DNA of 64,000 nucleotides from an uncultured delta proteobacterium (GCA_963761335.1 CAVXGR010000008.1:10635-74634), one strand, 5' to 3'. Counted from the stretch's first letter, positions 42,526-52,383 are shown. The notes: generated by a model from the letters alone, not told the origin. Numbers and translations: made by a program.

Positions 42526-42608
42526 TGGCTCGGTGACTCGGTGAGTCAGTAGCCCGGTAACTCAGTGGCTCGGTTTCTCAGTGGCTCGGTTATCGGGTTG
42601 CTGGGTTC
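42526..42608. repeat. Family D 8-nt-period array
   Basis: GTGGCTCG/GTGACTCG/GTAACTCA units, as at 22558-22854 and 19254-19281. Confidence 0.8.
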
Positions 42609-42689
42609 TTGGCGAACAGCCCCTTGGCGTATGCTCCGTCGCCGGCGCCTTGCCAGCAGATCCCCCGCTTGCCTAGAATTCCCGCCCGA

Positions 42690-42974
42690 ATGACGAGGAC
42701 TGCGTCATCGCCCTTCGAGACGCCCACCGCCATCGAGAAGCTCTTCGGCCGCGCTCTCGGTGCGCTCCTGCGTCTCGGAGTCGGCCCGGCGCACATGCGG
42801 GTTCTCGAGGTGCGCGGGCGCAAGAGCGGCGCCCTCTACTCCATGCCCGTCGATCCGCTGGAGCTCGGCGGCAAGCTCTATCTGGTGGCGCCGCGCGGGC
42901 GGACGCAGTGGGTGCGCAACGTCGAGGTCAGCAAGGAGATCACCCTGCGGCGCGGCAGCAGATCCGATCTGTAA
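42690..42974 (+). pseudogene. Deazaflavin-dependent nitroreductase-like protein, C-terminally truncated (94 aa)
   Basis: LEVRGRKSG...PV...GRTQWVRN; stop TAA falls inside the first TGTAAG repeat. Confidence 0.7.
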
Positions 42975-42988
42975 GCCATCTGTAAGCC
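42967..42988 (+). promoter_or_regulatory. 11-bp tandem direct repeat, candidate wHTH/SARP-type operator
   Basis: ATCTGTAAGCC x2, 35 nt upstream of ATG 43024. Confidence 0.6.
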
Positions 42989-43023
42989 CCCCTGCGCCAA
43001 CAAGGGGCAGTACGGAGGTGGCA

Positions 43024-46000
43024 ATGGATCGATCCCTCATTCGCATGCTCTTCTTGCTGCTGGTGGCCGGCTGGGTGCCCGGCTCGGCCAGCGGCGGTGC
43101 GCCGGAGGGCACCGATCCGTTGCTCGATTGCTTCTGCACCTGCGCCTGCGCGGATGTGGGCTGGAGCTGCGGCGAGGCCGTTACCTGCGTCTACTTCCCC
43201 TTTGTCTTCACCGCGAGCCCGGCATGCAGTGATCCCGATCTCGGGGAGTGCGTCTGCCGCGGCTTCGGCTGCGGCCGTGCCGAGATCGCCGGGGAGGGGG
43301 CATGTGTCGAAGAATGCCGCGCGCAGAATGGGGCGCCGACGACGACACCGTCCCCGGCGGCGACACCGACCGTCGCCGCCGGGGCCAGGGAGGTCAACTT
43401 CTACCGGCGCGGCGACGCGAACTGCAGTGTGACGAAGACGGCAGCCGACGTGATCGCCGCCCTGCACGGCCTCGGCGGTGAGACGCTGTGCGGCAACGAC
43501 GACTGCGACCGCAACGGCGAGATGGACGGCGCGGATGTGGATTGCGGCGCCCGCTGCGTGTTTGGCCGCTGCCCCGTCCCTCCGAACGCCCCGGCGGTGT
43601 CGGAGGTCCTGGCCCACACGAGCCCAGCGGTCGCGCCTTTCTCGACCATTCGCATCGTCGGCACCGGCTTCAGCTCGGAGGATCGGCTGAAGTCGGTCAC
43701 CATCGGAGGCCGGCAGGCGCCAGTGGTGGACCCGGTCGAGCCCGCTGAGCTGTTCGTGGTCGTTCCCGACATCGCGCCGGGAACGGCGGACGTCGTCCTC
43801 TTCGACGGCGACCTCGACGGAGCTCCTTTCTCCATTCAGGTCGCGCCGCCCCAGCGCCTCGGCCCGGAGGACTCTTTCGACGACTTCATCGACTTGATCG
43901 ACGATGTCGTCACGGCCCTCATCGACCTCGACCTGAGCGACGTGCCGGCTGACGATGCCGCGATCTTCCGGCGCCAGCTGAATGCCTTTCGCGCCGATCT
44001 GCCGGACTTCGTGGAGGCGATGTTTGCGGCGGCGGAGTCGCCGTCGGCGCTGCGTTCGCGCCTCGATTTCGTCGTCGATGTCTCCGGCGTGCCAGAGCAG
44101 CTGCGCGAGAGCATCAGTGAGCTCCACAGCCTCTCGCTTGCGGCGCAACGACGGGGCCCCGCGGGCGTCGTGGCGCGGGAGACGGTGAAGGCGGTGGCAC
44201 GCAACCTCGGCTCGGCGGCGCGGACGGTCATCGCCGCCGCGCCGGAGGCGGCGGCGACCGTCTCCCTCGGCACGCAGCTGGTCATCGCAGCCGGAGTCGT
44301 CGTCGCCACCGTGGCCGTGTTCGGGGCTACCGAGGCCGTCTTCGCCGACACGCCCTTCATCGCTGAGGTGTCCGACGGCGCTATTCTGCGCAACGGTGAG
44401 CGCTTCACCATAATCGGGCGCGGCTTCGGCTCGGTGCCACCCTATCCCAGTCTCGTCATCCAGACACGCTCCGGGGACATCGCTCTAGAGACCAGCAAGG
44501 CCGGCGAGATCGATCCGGAACGGCAGTTTCTCGAGTTTGCATTGCCCTTCGGTGCGGGCATTTGCGGCAACGACATGCGAATGTATCTGACGCGGCGGCT
44601 CCTGCTGATCCCGAAGAGCTCGGCGCCGGTGCCGTTCGCCGTCAAGCCCACCTTGGTCGACGTGAACACCTCCCAGGCCGGGCTTGGCGAGAGATTCTCC
44701 ATGACCACGCGGGGAGCGGTCGGTTGCACGGAACGGGACCAGACCTTCGTGAGACTGCAGCGCGTCTCCTCCGGAACGCCGGTGACGCGCGAGACTTCGA
44801 TGTCGGAGCTCGGAGAGACCGATGTACAGATGTCCGCTCCGTCGGGAATGGTTCCGGACAGCTACTCGATCTCTGTCGTCGTGCAGGGGATCGCGAGTGA
44901 CGAAGCGGAATCGGTCATTCTCGAAACGGACCTGAAAGGTTTGAGGATCGAATGCGGCATCGCCGAGGTCTCGAACGTCGGGCTCGGAGAGTCGGTTCGA
45001 TGCAAGGCCTTGCCCCTTCCGGCGACGGCGAAGCTGCCGGCGGAGCCTGGCTCCGGTGTCTACGATTGGACCTTCAGCGATCCGGGTATCGTTGTGTTGA
45101 CGGCGACCGACGGGAACGAGGCGACCATCGAAGGCGTGAAGCCAGGTGAAGTCACTCCCCATGTCATATTGTACAGCGACGATGATGCGTTCATCGCGAG
45201 AAGCGGATCGGGTGGGGCGCGCATCGCGGTGGCCGATCTGCGGGGACCGACGATCTCGAAGCTCGAGCGCCTGTCGCCCGAGGTCGTCCTGCCCGGCGGT
45301 GCCATCCGGGTGAGAGTCGAGGCAGTGGATGACCTGAAGGTGGCCCGTATCTTCTTGCACGCCATGGGAGACGCAGTGGATCCCGTCTTTCGCGACCAGG
45401 AGGCGAGCTGTGGCCCATTGGTGCCGGAGACCTGTAGCGCCCAGTTCGAGCTCGAGCTGCGGGGCAGCGGCTTTTCCGATCGTGAGGTGGTCTTGGTGGC
45501 GACGGCGGTCGACAGCAGCGGCAACGTCTCGGCCGATTCTGCCCCGCTCCGCTTCACGATCGAGGTCGCCGAGATCGGAGGCACGATCCGCAGCGCCCAG
45601 GACGGGGCCCCGATCGCCGGTGCCGACGTCCGCTTGCTCAACGACAGGCGGCACTTTCTGGATGGCGTCAAGTCGGAGAGCGATGGCCGCTTCACGATCG
45701 ATGATCCGGGCGAGGCGGCCATCCTCAGCGTCGCCAAGAGCGGGTTCCGCCCCGCCGAGCAATCGCTCTCCGAGCCGGAGCAGCGGCCCCGAGGTGCCGC
45801 GCCCCTCGACCTGAACATCGCTCTGGTGCCGATCACCGGCGAGACCGGCCGTCTCTACGGCGAGACCCGCACCCGGACTTCGCTCGGAACGCCCTTGGCC
45901 GGGGTCACAGTCACCGCCTTCGACCGCGACGGCATCGTTGCCGGCCTGGATTTCAGCGATGGCGACGGTGCCTACGAGATCGCGGGATTGCCGCTGGGCG

Positions 46001-46518
46001 ACTACGTCGTCACCGGCGCCGCCTTCGGAAAGGCGACGGTGTCGGGACATGTGCGCGTGCAGGAATCCGAGAACCTGATCAGACTTCCGCTCGTGGAGGT
46101 GAACCAGGCCTGTAGCAGCGCCCTCAATGCCTTCGAGCTCGTCTACGGATCCAGGGAGGCGGGTGTGTCGTCCTTCGGGCTGGCCAGCATCGAGGAGCCG
46201 ATCTCGGTCGGAAAGCAGGACCCGTCCGCCGCGATTCTGTGTGTATCCGGTAGCCCGGCTGCCCCAGTGTTCGATTGGGATCCGCAGTTGGAGAGCGTGT
46301 TTCGGCTCGTGGTCCGGGAGGAAGCGAATGGCCCCGTGATCTTCCAGCTTCGGGCCAAACCGGCCATGCGGCTGGAGCCGCCGATCACCTTCGGCGACTA
46401 CAGCAAGGGTATCGCCGAAGATCCGCAGCCTCCGGGAACGATCGTCCCCGGCATGCTGTACACGCTCACAACCATCCGACAGAGCGGCATACTGCTTCTC
46501 GAGTTTCGCAGCCGCTGA
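43024..46518 (+). CDS. Large secreted multidomain protein (Cys-rich N-domain, dockerin-like, IPT/Ig-like, carboxypeptidase-regulatory-like), 1164 aa
   Basis: GGAGGTG RBS, signal peptide, CFCTCAC...CVCRGFGC, GDANC...DCDRNGEMDGAD, GAPIAGADV/SDGDGAYEI beta-sandwich motifs. Confidence 0.85.
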   Translation: MDRSLIRMLFLLLVAGWVPGSASGGAPEGTDPLLDCFCTCACADVGWSCGEAVTCVYFPFVFTASPACSDPDLGECVCRGFGCGRAEIAGEGACVEECRAQNGAPTTTPSPAATPTVAAGAREVNFYRRGDANCSVTKTAADVIAALHGLGGETLCGNDDCDRNGEMDGADVDCGARCVFGRCPVPPNAPAVSEVLAHTSPAVAPFSTIRIVGTGFSSEDRLKSVTIGGRQAPVVDPVEPAELFVVVPDIAPGTADVVLFDGDLDGAPFSIQVAPPQRLGPEDSFDDFIDLIDDVVTALIDLDLSDVPADDAAIFRRQLNAFRADLPDFVEAMFAAAESPSALRSRLDFVVDVSGVPEQLRESISELHSLSLAAQRRGPAGVVARETVKAVARNLGSAARTVIAAAPEAAATVSLGTQLVIAAGVVVATVAVFGATEAVFADTPFIAEVSDGAILRNGERFTIIGRGFGSVPPYPSLVIQTRSGDIALETSKAGEIDPERQFLEFALPFGAGICGNDMRMYLTRRLLLIPKSSAPVPFAVKPTLVDVNTSQAGLGERFSMTTRGAVGCTERDQTFVRLQRVSSGTPVTRETSMSELGETDVQMSAPSGMVPDSYSISVVVQGIASDEAESVILETDLKGLRIECGIAEVSNVGLGESVRCKALPLPATAKLPAEPGSGVYDWTFSDPGIVVLTATDGNEATIEGVKPGEVTPHVILYSDDDAFIARSGSGGARIAVADLRGPTISKLERLSPEVVLPGGAIRVRVEAVDDLKVARIFLHAMGDAVDPVFRDQEASCGPLVPETCSAQFELELRGSGFSDREVVLVATAVDSSGNVSADSAPLRFTIEVAEIGGTIRSAQDGAPIAGADVRLLNDRRHFLDGVKSESDGRFTIDDPGEAAILSVAKSGFRPAEQSLSEPEQRPRGAAPLDLNIALVPITGETGRLYGETRTRTSLGTPLAGVTVTAFDRDGIVAGLDFSDGDGAYEIAGLPLGDYVVTGAAFGKATVSGHVRVQESENLIRLPLVEVNQACSSALNAFELVYGSREAGVSSFGLASIEEPISVGKQDPSAAILCVSGSPAAPVFDWDPQLESVFRLVVREEANGPVIFQLRAKPAMRLEPPITFGDYSKGIAEDPQPPGTIVPGMLYTLTTIRQSGILLLEFRSR

Positions 46519-46527
46519 GCGAGCGCC

Positions 46528-46707
46528 ATGGACAGCTATGTCGTCCGCATCTACCGGAGAGGTGAGGCAGACTCATCCGAGATCGTGGGCGTGGTGGAAG
46601 AGGTAGAGAGCCAGGAACGCCGGGCGTTCAAGACCATCGACGAGCTGTGGGCGATCTTGCTCCGATCCTCACCGCCCGAGTTGGCGAAGCCACGCAAAAG
46701 CTCGTAA
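46528..46707 (+). CDS. Small hypothetical protein (59 aa), absent from the ORF track
   Basis: MDSYVVRIYRRGEADSSEIVGVVEEVESQERRAFKTIDELWAILLRSSPPELAKPRKSS*; fills the gap between two same-strand genes. Confidence 0.8.
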   Translation: MDSYVVRIYRRGEADSSEIVGVVEEVESQERRAFKTIDELWAILLRSSPPELAKPRKSS

Positions 46708-46737
46708 AACGGGCGGGCTGAGTCTGCGCCCGCTCGG

Positions 46738-49700
46738 ATGAAGACCAAGCCTCCACCGCTCGCCAAGACCACCCGCCCGCAAATTGCCGGGGCGCTTCTT
46801 CGGACGCGGCTCTTCCGTCAGCTCGACCGAAGCCCTCGGCCGATCACCTGGATCTGCGGGCCGCCCGGCTCGGGGAAGACGACGCTCGTGGCGACCTACA
46901 TCGAGGCGCGCAAGGTCCCCGTTCTCTGGTACCAGGTGGACGAAGGTGATGCCGACGCGGCGACCTTCTTCTATTACATGGCGCAGGCGCTTCGGCAGCT
47001 GACGCCGCATCGGCGAAAGCCGCTTCCGGTTCCGACGACCGACAACTGGCCGCAGCTGTCGGTCTTCACGCGCCGCTACTTTCGCGAGCTCTACGGGCGC
47101 TTGCCGCGACCCTCTATGGTCGTCCTCGACAACTACCACGACGTCCCCGAGCACTCGCGTTTTCACGAGGTGATCGGCGACGGCTTGGGCGAAGCTCCCG
47201 AGGGCATTCGCATCGTCGTTCTCAGCCGCGAGGAGGCGCCACCGAGCCTCGCCCGTTTGCGGGCGAGCGATGCCATCGAGTCGATCGGGTGGATCGACCT
47301 TCGCCTCCGCGTCGAAGAGTCGCGCCGCATCGTCCGCCTGCGTAGCCGCAAGGCGCTCGCGGACAAGACGCTCCGCGCGCTGCACGAGAAGGTGGGAGGC
47401 TGGGCGGCGGGCCTCACGCTGATGCTCGAGGCGGGAAGCGATGAGCTTGTGCCCGAGTCCCTGACCGACGCGACCCCGGAGGTGATCTTTCAGTACTTTG
47501 CCAACGAGGTGTTTCGGAAGGAGGAGCCGGCGACGCAACGGTTTCTCCTGGAGACCGCATTTCTCAAGACGTTCACCGCTCGCATGGCGGCGGAGCTGAC
47601 GGGTGCTTCGCATGCGGGCAGACTCCTGTCGACGCTCGCCCGCCGGCAGTACTTCGTCGATCAGCGCGCGCATCCAGGACGGGTCTTTCAATACCATCCC
47701 CTCTTCCGAGAGTACCTTCTCCGGCACGCCCGGGAGACGCTGGATGCGGAGGCGCTGCGACGGGCGCAACACCGCGCCGCGGCGCTCCTGTGCGCGTCCC
47801 GGCAGCACGAGAGTGCCGCCTCTCTCTTCCGTGCGATGAGCGACTGGGACGGTCTGATCCAGATCATCCTCGACCGCGCGCAAGCGCTCTGGGACAGCGG
47901 GCGCATGCTCACCCTGCAGGAGTGGCTGGGGAGCCTGCCGGGGGAGCGCGTCGAGCGAGATGGCTGGCTGCAGTACTGGAGTGGCATGTGCAGCATGCCT
48001 TTCGATCTGGAGCAGAGCCGTGCGCGCTTCGAAAGGAGCTTCATTTTGTTCCAGGGACGGGACGAGCCCGGCGGCGAGCTCCAGTCGATCCTCGGTGTGA
48101 GCGCAACCTTCTTGTTCGAATGGGCAGGCTTTGCGCCACTGGATCAATGGATCGAGAGACTCGATCGCTTCAGCGCCAGCCATCCGAACGTCGTGTCCGG
48201 CCCGATCGCCGATCGTGTGGTGACCACCATGTTCGGAGCGCTGACCTTCCGCCAGCCGCACCATGTCGACATCCGGCGATGGGCGGAGCGAGCTCTGGCC
48301 GTGGTGCGGACGAGCGCCGATGCGAACCGACGGATGTTCACGGGCTTCATGCTGACGATGTATCACCTGTGGATGGGAGAGGTCGGTAAGGCCGTGATGG
48401 TGACGGAGACGCTGCGTCGGTCGCGGCGTCCGTCTGAGATCCAGCCGCTGGCTTCGCTGGCCCAGAGGGTCGCCGAGGCCTACTGCCACTGGTGCGTCGC
48501 CGAGCCGGAAGCGTGCGCGAAGACCGTCGCGGCCGGTCTGGCGACGGCCCGATCCTCGGGGGTGCGCACCTTGGATGTGGCGCTCCTGGGGCAAGGGGTG
48601 TGCGGTGCGCTGACGGGCGGCGACCTCGGCGCGGCGCGCCTGCTCCTCGAGCAGATGGCCGGGGCACTGGATGCGAAGCGGATCCTGCACCAGTCGCACT
48701 ACCACAGTCTCGCGGGGTGGGAGGCGTTTCTGCGCGGCGATCGCGCCAGTGCGCACCAGCACGCGGAGCAGGCTCTGCAGCTCGCCGTCGAGGCGGGAAT
48801 GCCCATCGCGCAGATGATCAACCATATCGCCCTCGCTCAGGTGTTGCACCAGCAGGGATCCGGAGACGAAGCGGTGCGACACCTCGAGGCCGCGCGCCGC
48901 ATCAATGTCGGGGTGGGAAGCCTGAGCATCGAGTTCATGCGCTTGCTCGCTGCGGCCGACCTAGCCTTCGGCGAAAGGCAGGAAGATGATGGCATCACTC
49001 TGCTGCGCGCGGCGTTGGAGCTTGGCCGGCGGCAGGGGTACGTCAACACCATGTGGTGGTCTCCGGCGCGCATGGCGTCGCTGTGCGTCAAGGCGCTGCA
49101 GGCGGGCATCGAGGTCGAATACGCGCGGGAGCTCGTGCACAAGCGGGGGCTGACGCCGGAACATCCGCCGCTCCACGTGTCGGGCTGGCCATGGCCGCTG
49201 CGCGTCTTCACCCTCGGAGGCTTCGCTCTCGAAGGAGAGAGAACGGCGGCCCGCTCGTCTCGCAAGAGCCAGCAGCGCCCACTGGCGTTGCTCCAGGCGA
49301 TCATCGCCCTGGGCGGCCAAAACGTGAACGAAGAGCTGCTGGGCGATGCCTTGTGGCCAGATGCGGACGGCGATGCGGCGCACCAGGCGATGACCGTGAC
49401 GCTGCACCGTCTTCGCCGCCTGCTGGGCTACGAGAAGGCGATCGTCGTCGAGGGTGGCAAGGTCAGCCTGGACCCCCGATATTGGTGGGTTGACGTATGG
49501 GCGTTCGACCGTCTGCTGGAGCAGGGCGAAGCCGCCGTCCGTGAAGGGGACAGGGCCACGGCACGAGGCAGGATCGAGGAAGCCGTCGGCCTCTATCGCG
49601 GCCCCTTTCTGCGCCAGCGCGGCGCTTCCTGGGCCCTGTCCCTGTCCGAGCGCCTGCACCGAAAATTCGTGCGCGCCGTCGCCATCCTCGGCGACTCGTG

Positions 49701-49929
49701 GGAGCAAGAAGGCGACTGGCAAGCGGCCCTTTGCTGCTACGAACGCGGGCTGGAGATCGACGACTTGGCCGAGGAGTTCTACCGGCGGCAGATGAGCTGC
49801 TACCAGCGCCTGGGGCGTCTGGCCGAGGCAGCCATTGTCTACCAGCGATGCCGGGAAACGCTCTCGGCCTCCCTCGGTGTCACCCCATCACCCGAGACCC
49901 AAGCCTTGCACGCGTCGCTTCGCGACTGA
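46738..49929 (+). CDS. MalT-like NTPase/TPR transcriptional regulator with C-terminal wHTH and BTAD
   Basis: GPPGSGKTT, VVLDNYH, GWAAGL, YHPLFREYL, LWPD...TLHRLRRLLG, LYRGPFL, AEEFYRRQM. Confidence 0.92.
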   Translation: MKTKPPPLAKTTRPQIAGALLRTRLFRQLDRSPRPITWICGPPGSGKTTLVATYIEARKVPVLWYQVDEGDADAATFFYYMAQALRQLTPHRRKPLPVPTTDNWPQLSVFTRRYFRELYGRLPRPSMVVLDNYHDVPEHSRFHEVIGDGLGEAPEGIRIVVLSREEAPPSLARLRASDAIESIGWIDLRLRVEESRRIVRLRSRKALADKTLRALHEKVGGWAAGLTLMLEAGSDELVPESLTDATPEVIFQYFANEVFRKEEPATQRFLLETAFLKTFTARMAAELTGASHAGRLLSTLARRQYFVDQRAHPGRVFQYHPLFREYLLRHARETLDAEALRRAQHRAAALLCASRQHESAASLFRAMSDWDGLIQIILDRAQALWDSGRMLTLQEWLGSLPGERVERDGWLQYWSGMCSMPFDLEQSRARFERSFILFQGRDEPGGELQSILGVSATFLFEWAGFAPLDQWIERLDRFSASHPNVVSGPIADRVVTTMFGALTFRQPHHVDIRRWAERALAVVRTSADANRRMFTGFMLTMYHLWMGEVGKAVMVTETLRRSRRPSEIQPLASLAQRVAEAYCHWCVAEPEACAKTVAAGLATARSSGVRTLDVALLGQGVCGALTGGDLGAARLLLEQMAGALDAKRILHQSHYHSLAGWEAFLRGDRASAHQHAEQALQLAVEAGMPIAQMINHIALAQVLHQQGSGDEAVRHLEAARRINVGVGSLSIEFMRLLAAADLAFGERQEDDGITLLRAALELGRRQGYVNTMWWSPARMASLCVKALQAGIEVEYARELVHKRGLTPEHPPLHVSGWPWPLRVFTLGGFALEGERTAARSSRKSQQRPLALLQAIIALGGQNVNEELLGDALWPDADGDAAHQAMTVTLHRLRRLLGYEKAIVVEGGKVSLDPRYWWVDVWAFDRLLEQGEAAVREGDRATARGRIEEAVGLYRGPFLRQRGASWALSLSERLHRKFVRAVAILGDSWEQEGDWQAALCCYERGLEIDDLAEEFYRRQMSCYQRLGRLAEAAIVYQRCRETLSASLGVTPSPETQALHASLRD

Positions 49930-49954
49930 GAGCCGCAGGAGCGAGGCTTGGGGT

Positions 49955-49982
49955 TTGACATCGGCGGTCTTCTCGCTAATCT
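49955..49982 (+). promoter_or_regulatory. Putative sigma-70 promoter
   Basis: TTGACA-N16-TAATCT, then GAGGGAGG RBS. Confidence 0.6.
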
Positions 49983-50007
49983 CCTTGCCGTCGAGGGAGG
50001 AAAGTGT

Positions 50008-52140
50008 ATGCGCGACCGTGTCAAGGTCAAGTCGATCCGGGAAGGCGCCGCGGGAGCTCTGATCTGTCTGCTCGCCGTGGCCGTGCCCGCCTTTGCGCAG
50101 CAGTCGCCGACCTGTGTCGATTCGACGCGCACCGTCTTTGCCGGTGGCCAGGGGAGCGAAGGATGCCATCAGTACTCGAGCCAGGAAGACTGCGAGATGG
50201 CATACATCAACGGGGGCTCCGGTGTCGCATCCTGCTATTGGAGCGATTCCGCCTGTCAGGGCTGCGGCATCGACAACGAGAGCATCGGTGATTGCACCAA
50301 TACGTGTATTCCAGCGCGCACCTGCGCCAACGACACCTCCCGCTCCAACTTTGCAGGGTTCGACGCCGACCAGGGGGACGGCTGTGACAACCTCAGCGGC
50401 AACCAGGCCGAATGCCTTCAGTCCTTCGTCCAGGGTTACGATGTGATCGAGGCGTGTGCCTACAACAGCGGATCCGACACCTGCTTCGCCTGCGACCCGG
50501 AGAACGAGGCCAACGGCGTGTGCGCCAACAGTTGCCTGCCGGCGCTGCTCTGCCAGGGGCAGCCGTCGCGGACGATCTTCGCCGGCGGTCCCGGAAACGA
50601 GGCCTGCCATCAATTCGACACCGACACATCGTCCTGCTCGCAGGCCTTCCACCGCGATCAGAGCGGCGACATCGCTTCGTGCTTCGTCGCCTTCGACTGT
50701 GTGCCCTGCGGCCGCGGGAGTGGCGGCACGCAGTGCATCAACAGCTGCGTACCGACACCGACGTGCCTGGACGGGGCACGGACGAACTTCGTCGGTGGCC
50801 CTTTCACGGCGGCTTGCCGCGTTTACGACAACAACCAGTCGGCTTGCGAGCAGTCGTATGCGATGTCGAGCGACGGCGTGGTGTCGTGCTATTTCGACAC
50901 CAATTCGAATTCCTGCCGCGGCTGTGGCCCAGAGGCGGGCAACAGCTGCACCAACTCCTGCATACCGCCGCCGACGTGCGCCAATGACTCGAACCGCACG
51001 ATCTTCACGGGCGGTCCCGACTCGGAAGCCTGTCGTCAATTCGACGGCGATCCGAACAACTGTGATACAGCCTTCGCGCGCAGCTCGATGGGTATCACCT
51101 CGTGCTTCTACACCGGCGGCGAGTGCCAAGGATGCGGGCCCAACAACGAGGGCCGCTCCTGTCAGAACGACTGCGTGTCGCCGCCGCCATGCATGGAGGA
51201 CCCGAATCGCCCGGTCTTCGCCGGTAGCCTCGACAACCAAGGCTGCGGCCAGTTCAACGGCAACCAGAGCGGCTGCGATACGGCCTATGTCCGTGACTAC
51301 AACGGTGGGGTCACCTCGTGCTTCTACACGAACGGAGAATGCACCGGCTGCGGACCGGGCGACGAGGGCACCAGTTGCTCGAACGAATGCATCCCACCTC
51401 CGACGTGTAACAACGATCCGAACCGCATCGTCTTCACGGGCGGTCCCAACTCGGCAGCCTGCCGTCAATTTGACGGAAACCAGAGCAGCTGCGAGACGGC
51501 CTTTGCCCGCAGTTCCGACGGCATCACGTCGTGCTTCTATCAGGCCTCGGACGATACCTGCCGCGGTTGTGGTCCGGGCAACGTGGGCGTGGCATGCCAA
51601 AACGAGTGCGTGTCTCCGCCGCCGTGTCCGCAAGATGGGACGCGCACCATTTTCACCGGCGGATCGGAAAGCGAGGGTTGTCACCAGTTCGACGGCAATC
51701 CGGTGGGCTGCGCCACGGCGTACAACGAGGGCGACGCCGGAATCGCGTCGTGCTACTACGCCGGCGGCCGGTGCCGCGGCTGTGGGCCGGACAACGTCAA
51801 CTCAGGGAAATGCGTGAACACCTGCGTGCCGACGCCGATGTGCGCGAACGATCCCTCTCGAGCCTTGTTTGGGTGCGGCAACTACAACGACGACATCTCC
51901 GCCTGCAATCACGCCTTCGGAGTGGATCAAAGCGGCGGGCCGATCTCTTGTGTGGCCGTCCAGAACTGCAGGGGCTGCGGGCCGAGCAATCAAGCGAACG
52001 GGCGCTGCACGAATGCGTGCGACATGCTGCCTCCAGCCAAGGCCCCGGTGATGTCCGGCTACGGTATCTTTGCCGCCGTGCTGATGTTGCTCGCCGTCGG
52101 AGCCTCGGCGCTGTGGACGCAACGCCGCCTGCGGGCCTGA
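50008..52140 (+). CDS. Secreted Cys-rich repeat protein with C-terminal anchor (IPTL-CTERM-like), 710 aa
   Basis: Signal peptide ending AFA; nine ~70-aa 8-Cys repeats; APVMSGYG + TM + QRRLRA. Confidence 0.88.
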   Translation: MRDRVKVKSIREGAAGALICLLAVAVPAFAQQSPTCVDSTRTVFAGGQGSEGCHQYSSQEDCEMAYINGGSGVASCYWSDSACQGCGIDNESIGDCTNTCIPARTCANDTSRSNFAGFDADQGDGCDNLSGNQAECLQSFVQGYDVIEACAYNSGSDTCFACDPENEANGVCANSCLPALLCQGQPSRTIFAGGPGNEACHQFDTDTSSCSQAFHRDQSGDIASCFVAFDCVPCGRGSGGTQCINSCVPTPTCLDGARTNFVGGPFTAACRVYDNNQSACEQSYAMSSDGVVSCYFDTNSNSCRGCGPEAGNSCTNSCIPPPTCANDSNRTIFTGGPDSEACRQFDGDPNNCDTAFARSSMGITSCFYTGGECQGCGPNNEGRSCQNDCVSPPPCMEDPNRPVFAGSLDNQGCGQFNGNQSGCDTAYVRDYNGGVTSCFYTNGECTGCGPGDEGTSCSNECIPPPTCNNDPNRIVFTGGPNSAACRQFDGNQSSCETAFARSSDGITSCFYQASDDTCRGCGPGNVGVACQNECVSPPPCPQDGTRTIFTGGSESEGCHQFDGNPVGCATAYNEGDAGIASCYYAGGRCRGCGPDNVNSGKCVNTCVPTPMCANDPSRALFGCGNYNDDISACNHAFGVDQSGGPISCVAVQNCRGCGPSNQANGRCTNACDMLPPAKAPVMSGYGIFAAVLMLLAVGASALWTQRRLRA

Positions 52141-52240
52141 TGAGGGAGGCGGCGGAAGTAGCGCGGCGAGACACCAGCGGCACAATTCAAGGTGCGCACG
52201 ACGTTGGAGAGGTCGCTGAAGCCGACGTCGTAGGTGAGAG
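52140..52240 (-). pseudogene. AraC-family HTH remnant
   Basis: YDVGFSDLSNVVRTLNCAAGVSPRYFR resembles the AraC C-terminal signature. Confidence 0.55.
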
Positions 52241-52383
52241 CTTCGAGACGCCGTCGGAGTTCCGTTGGCGAGGTGCTCGCGGGGAGAGCGAGCCGAATTC
52301 CGCGGTCAAGAGAAGGTCGTCGAGTCGCTGCCGCGGCGTGGCCTTCCGAGCCCCGCAAAGTTGGCGCACCCCGACCTGCAGTG

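Noticed and set aside
50008..52140. Cys-rich protein as a multiheme cytochrome
   Set aside because: CxxC pairs are not followed by His
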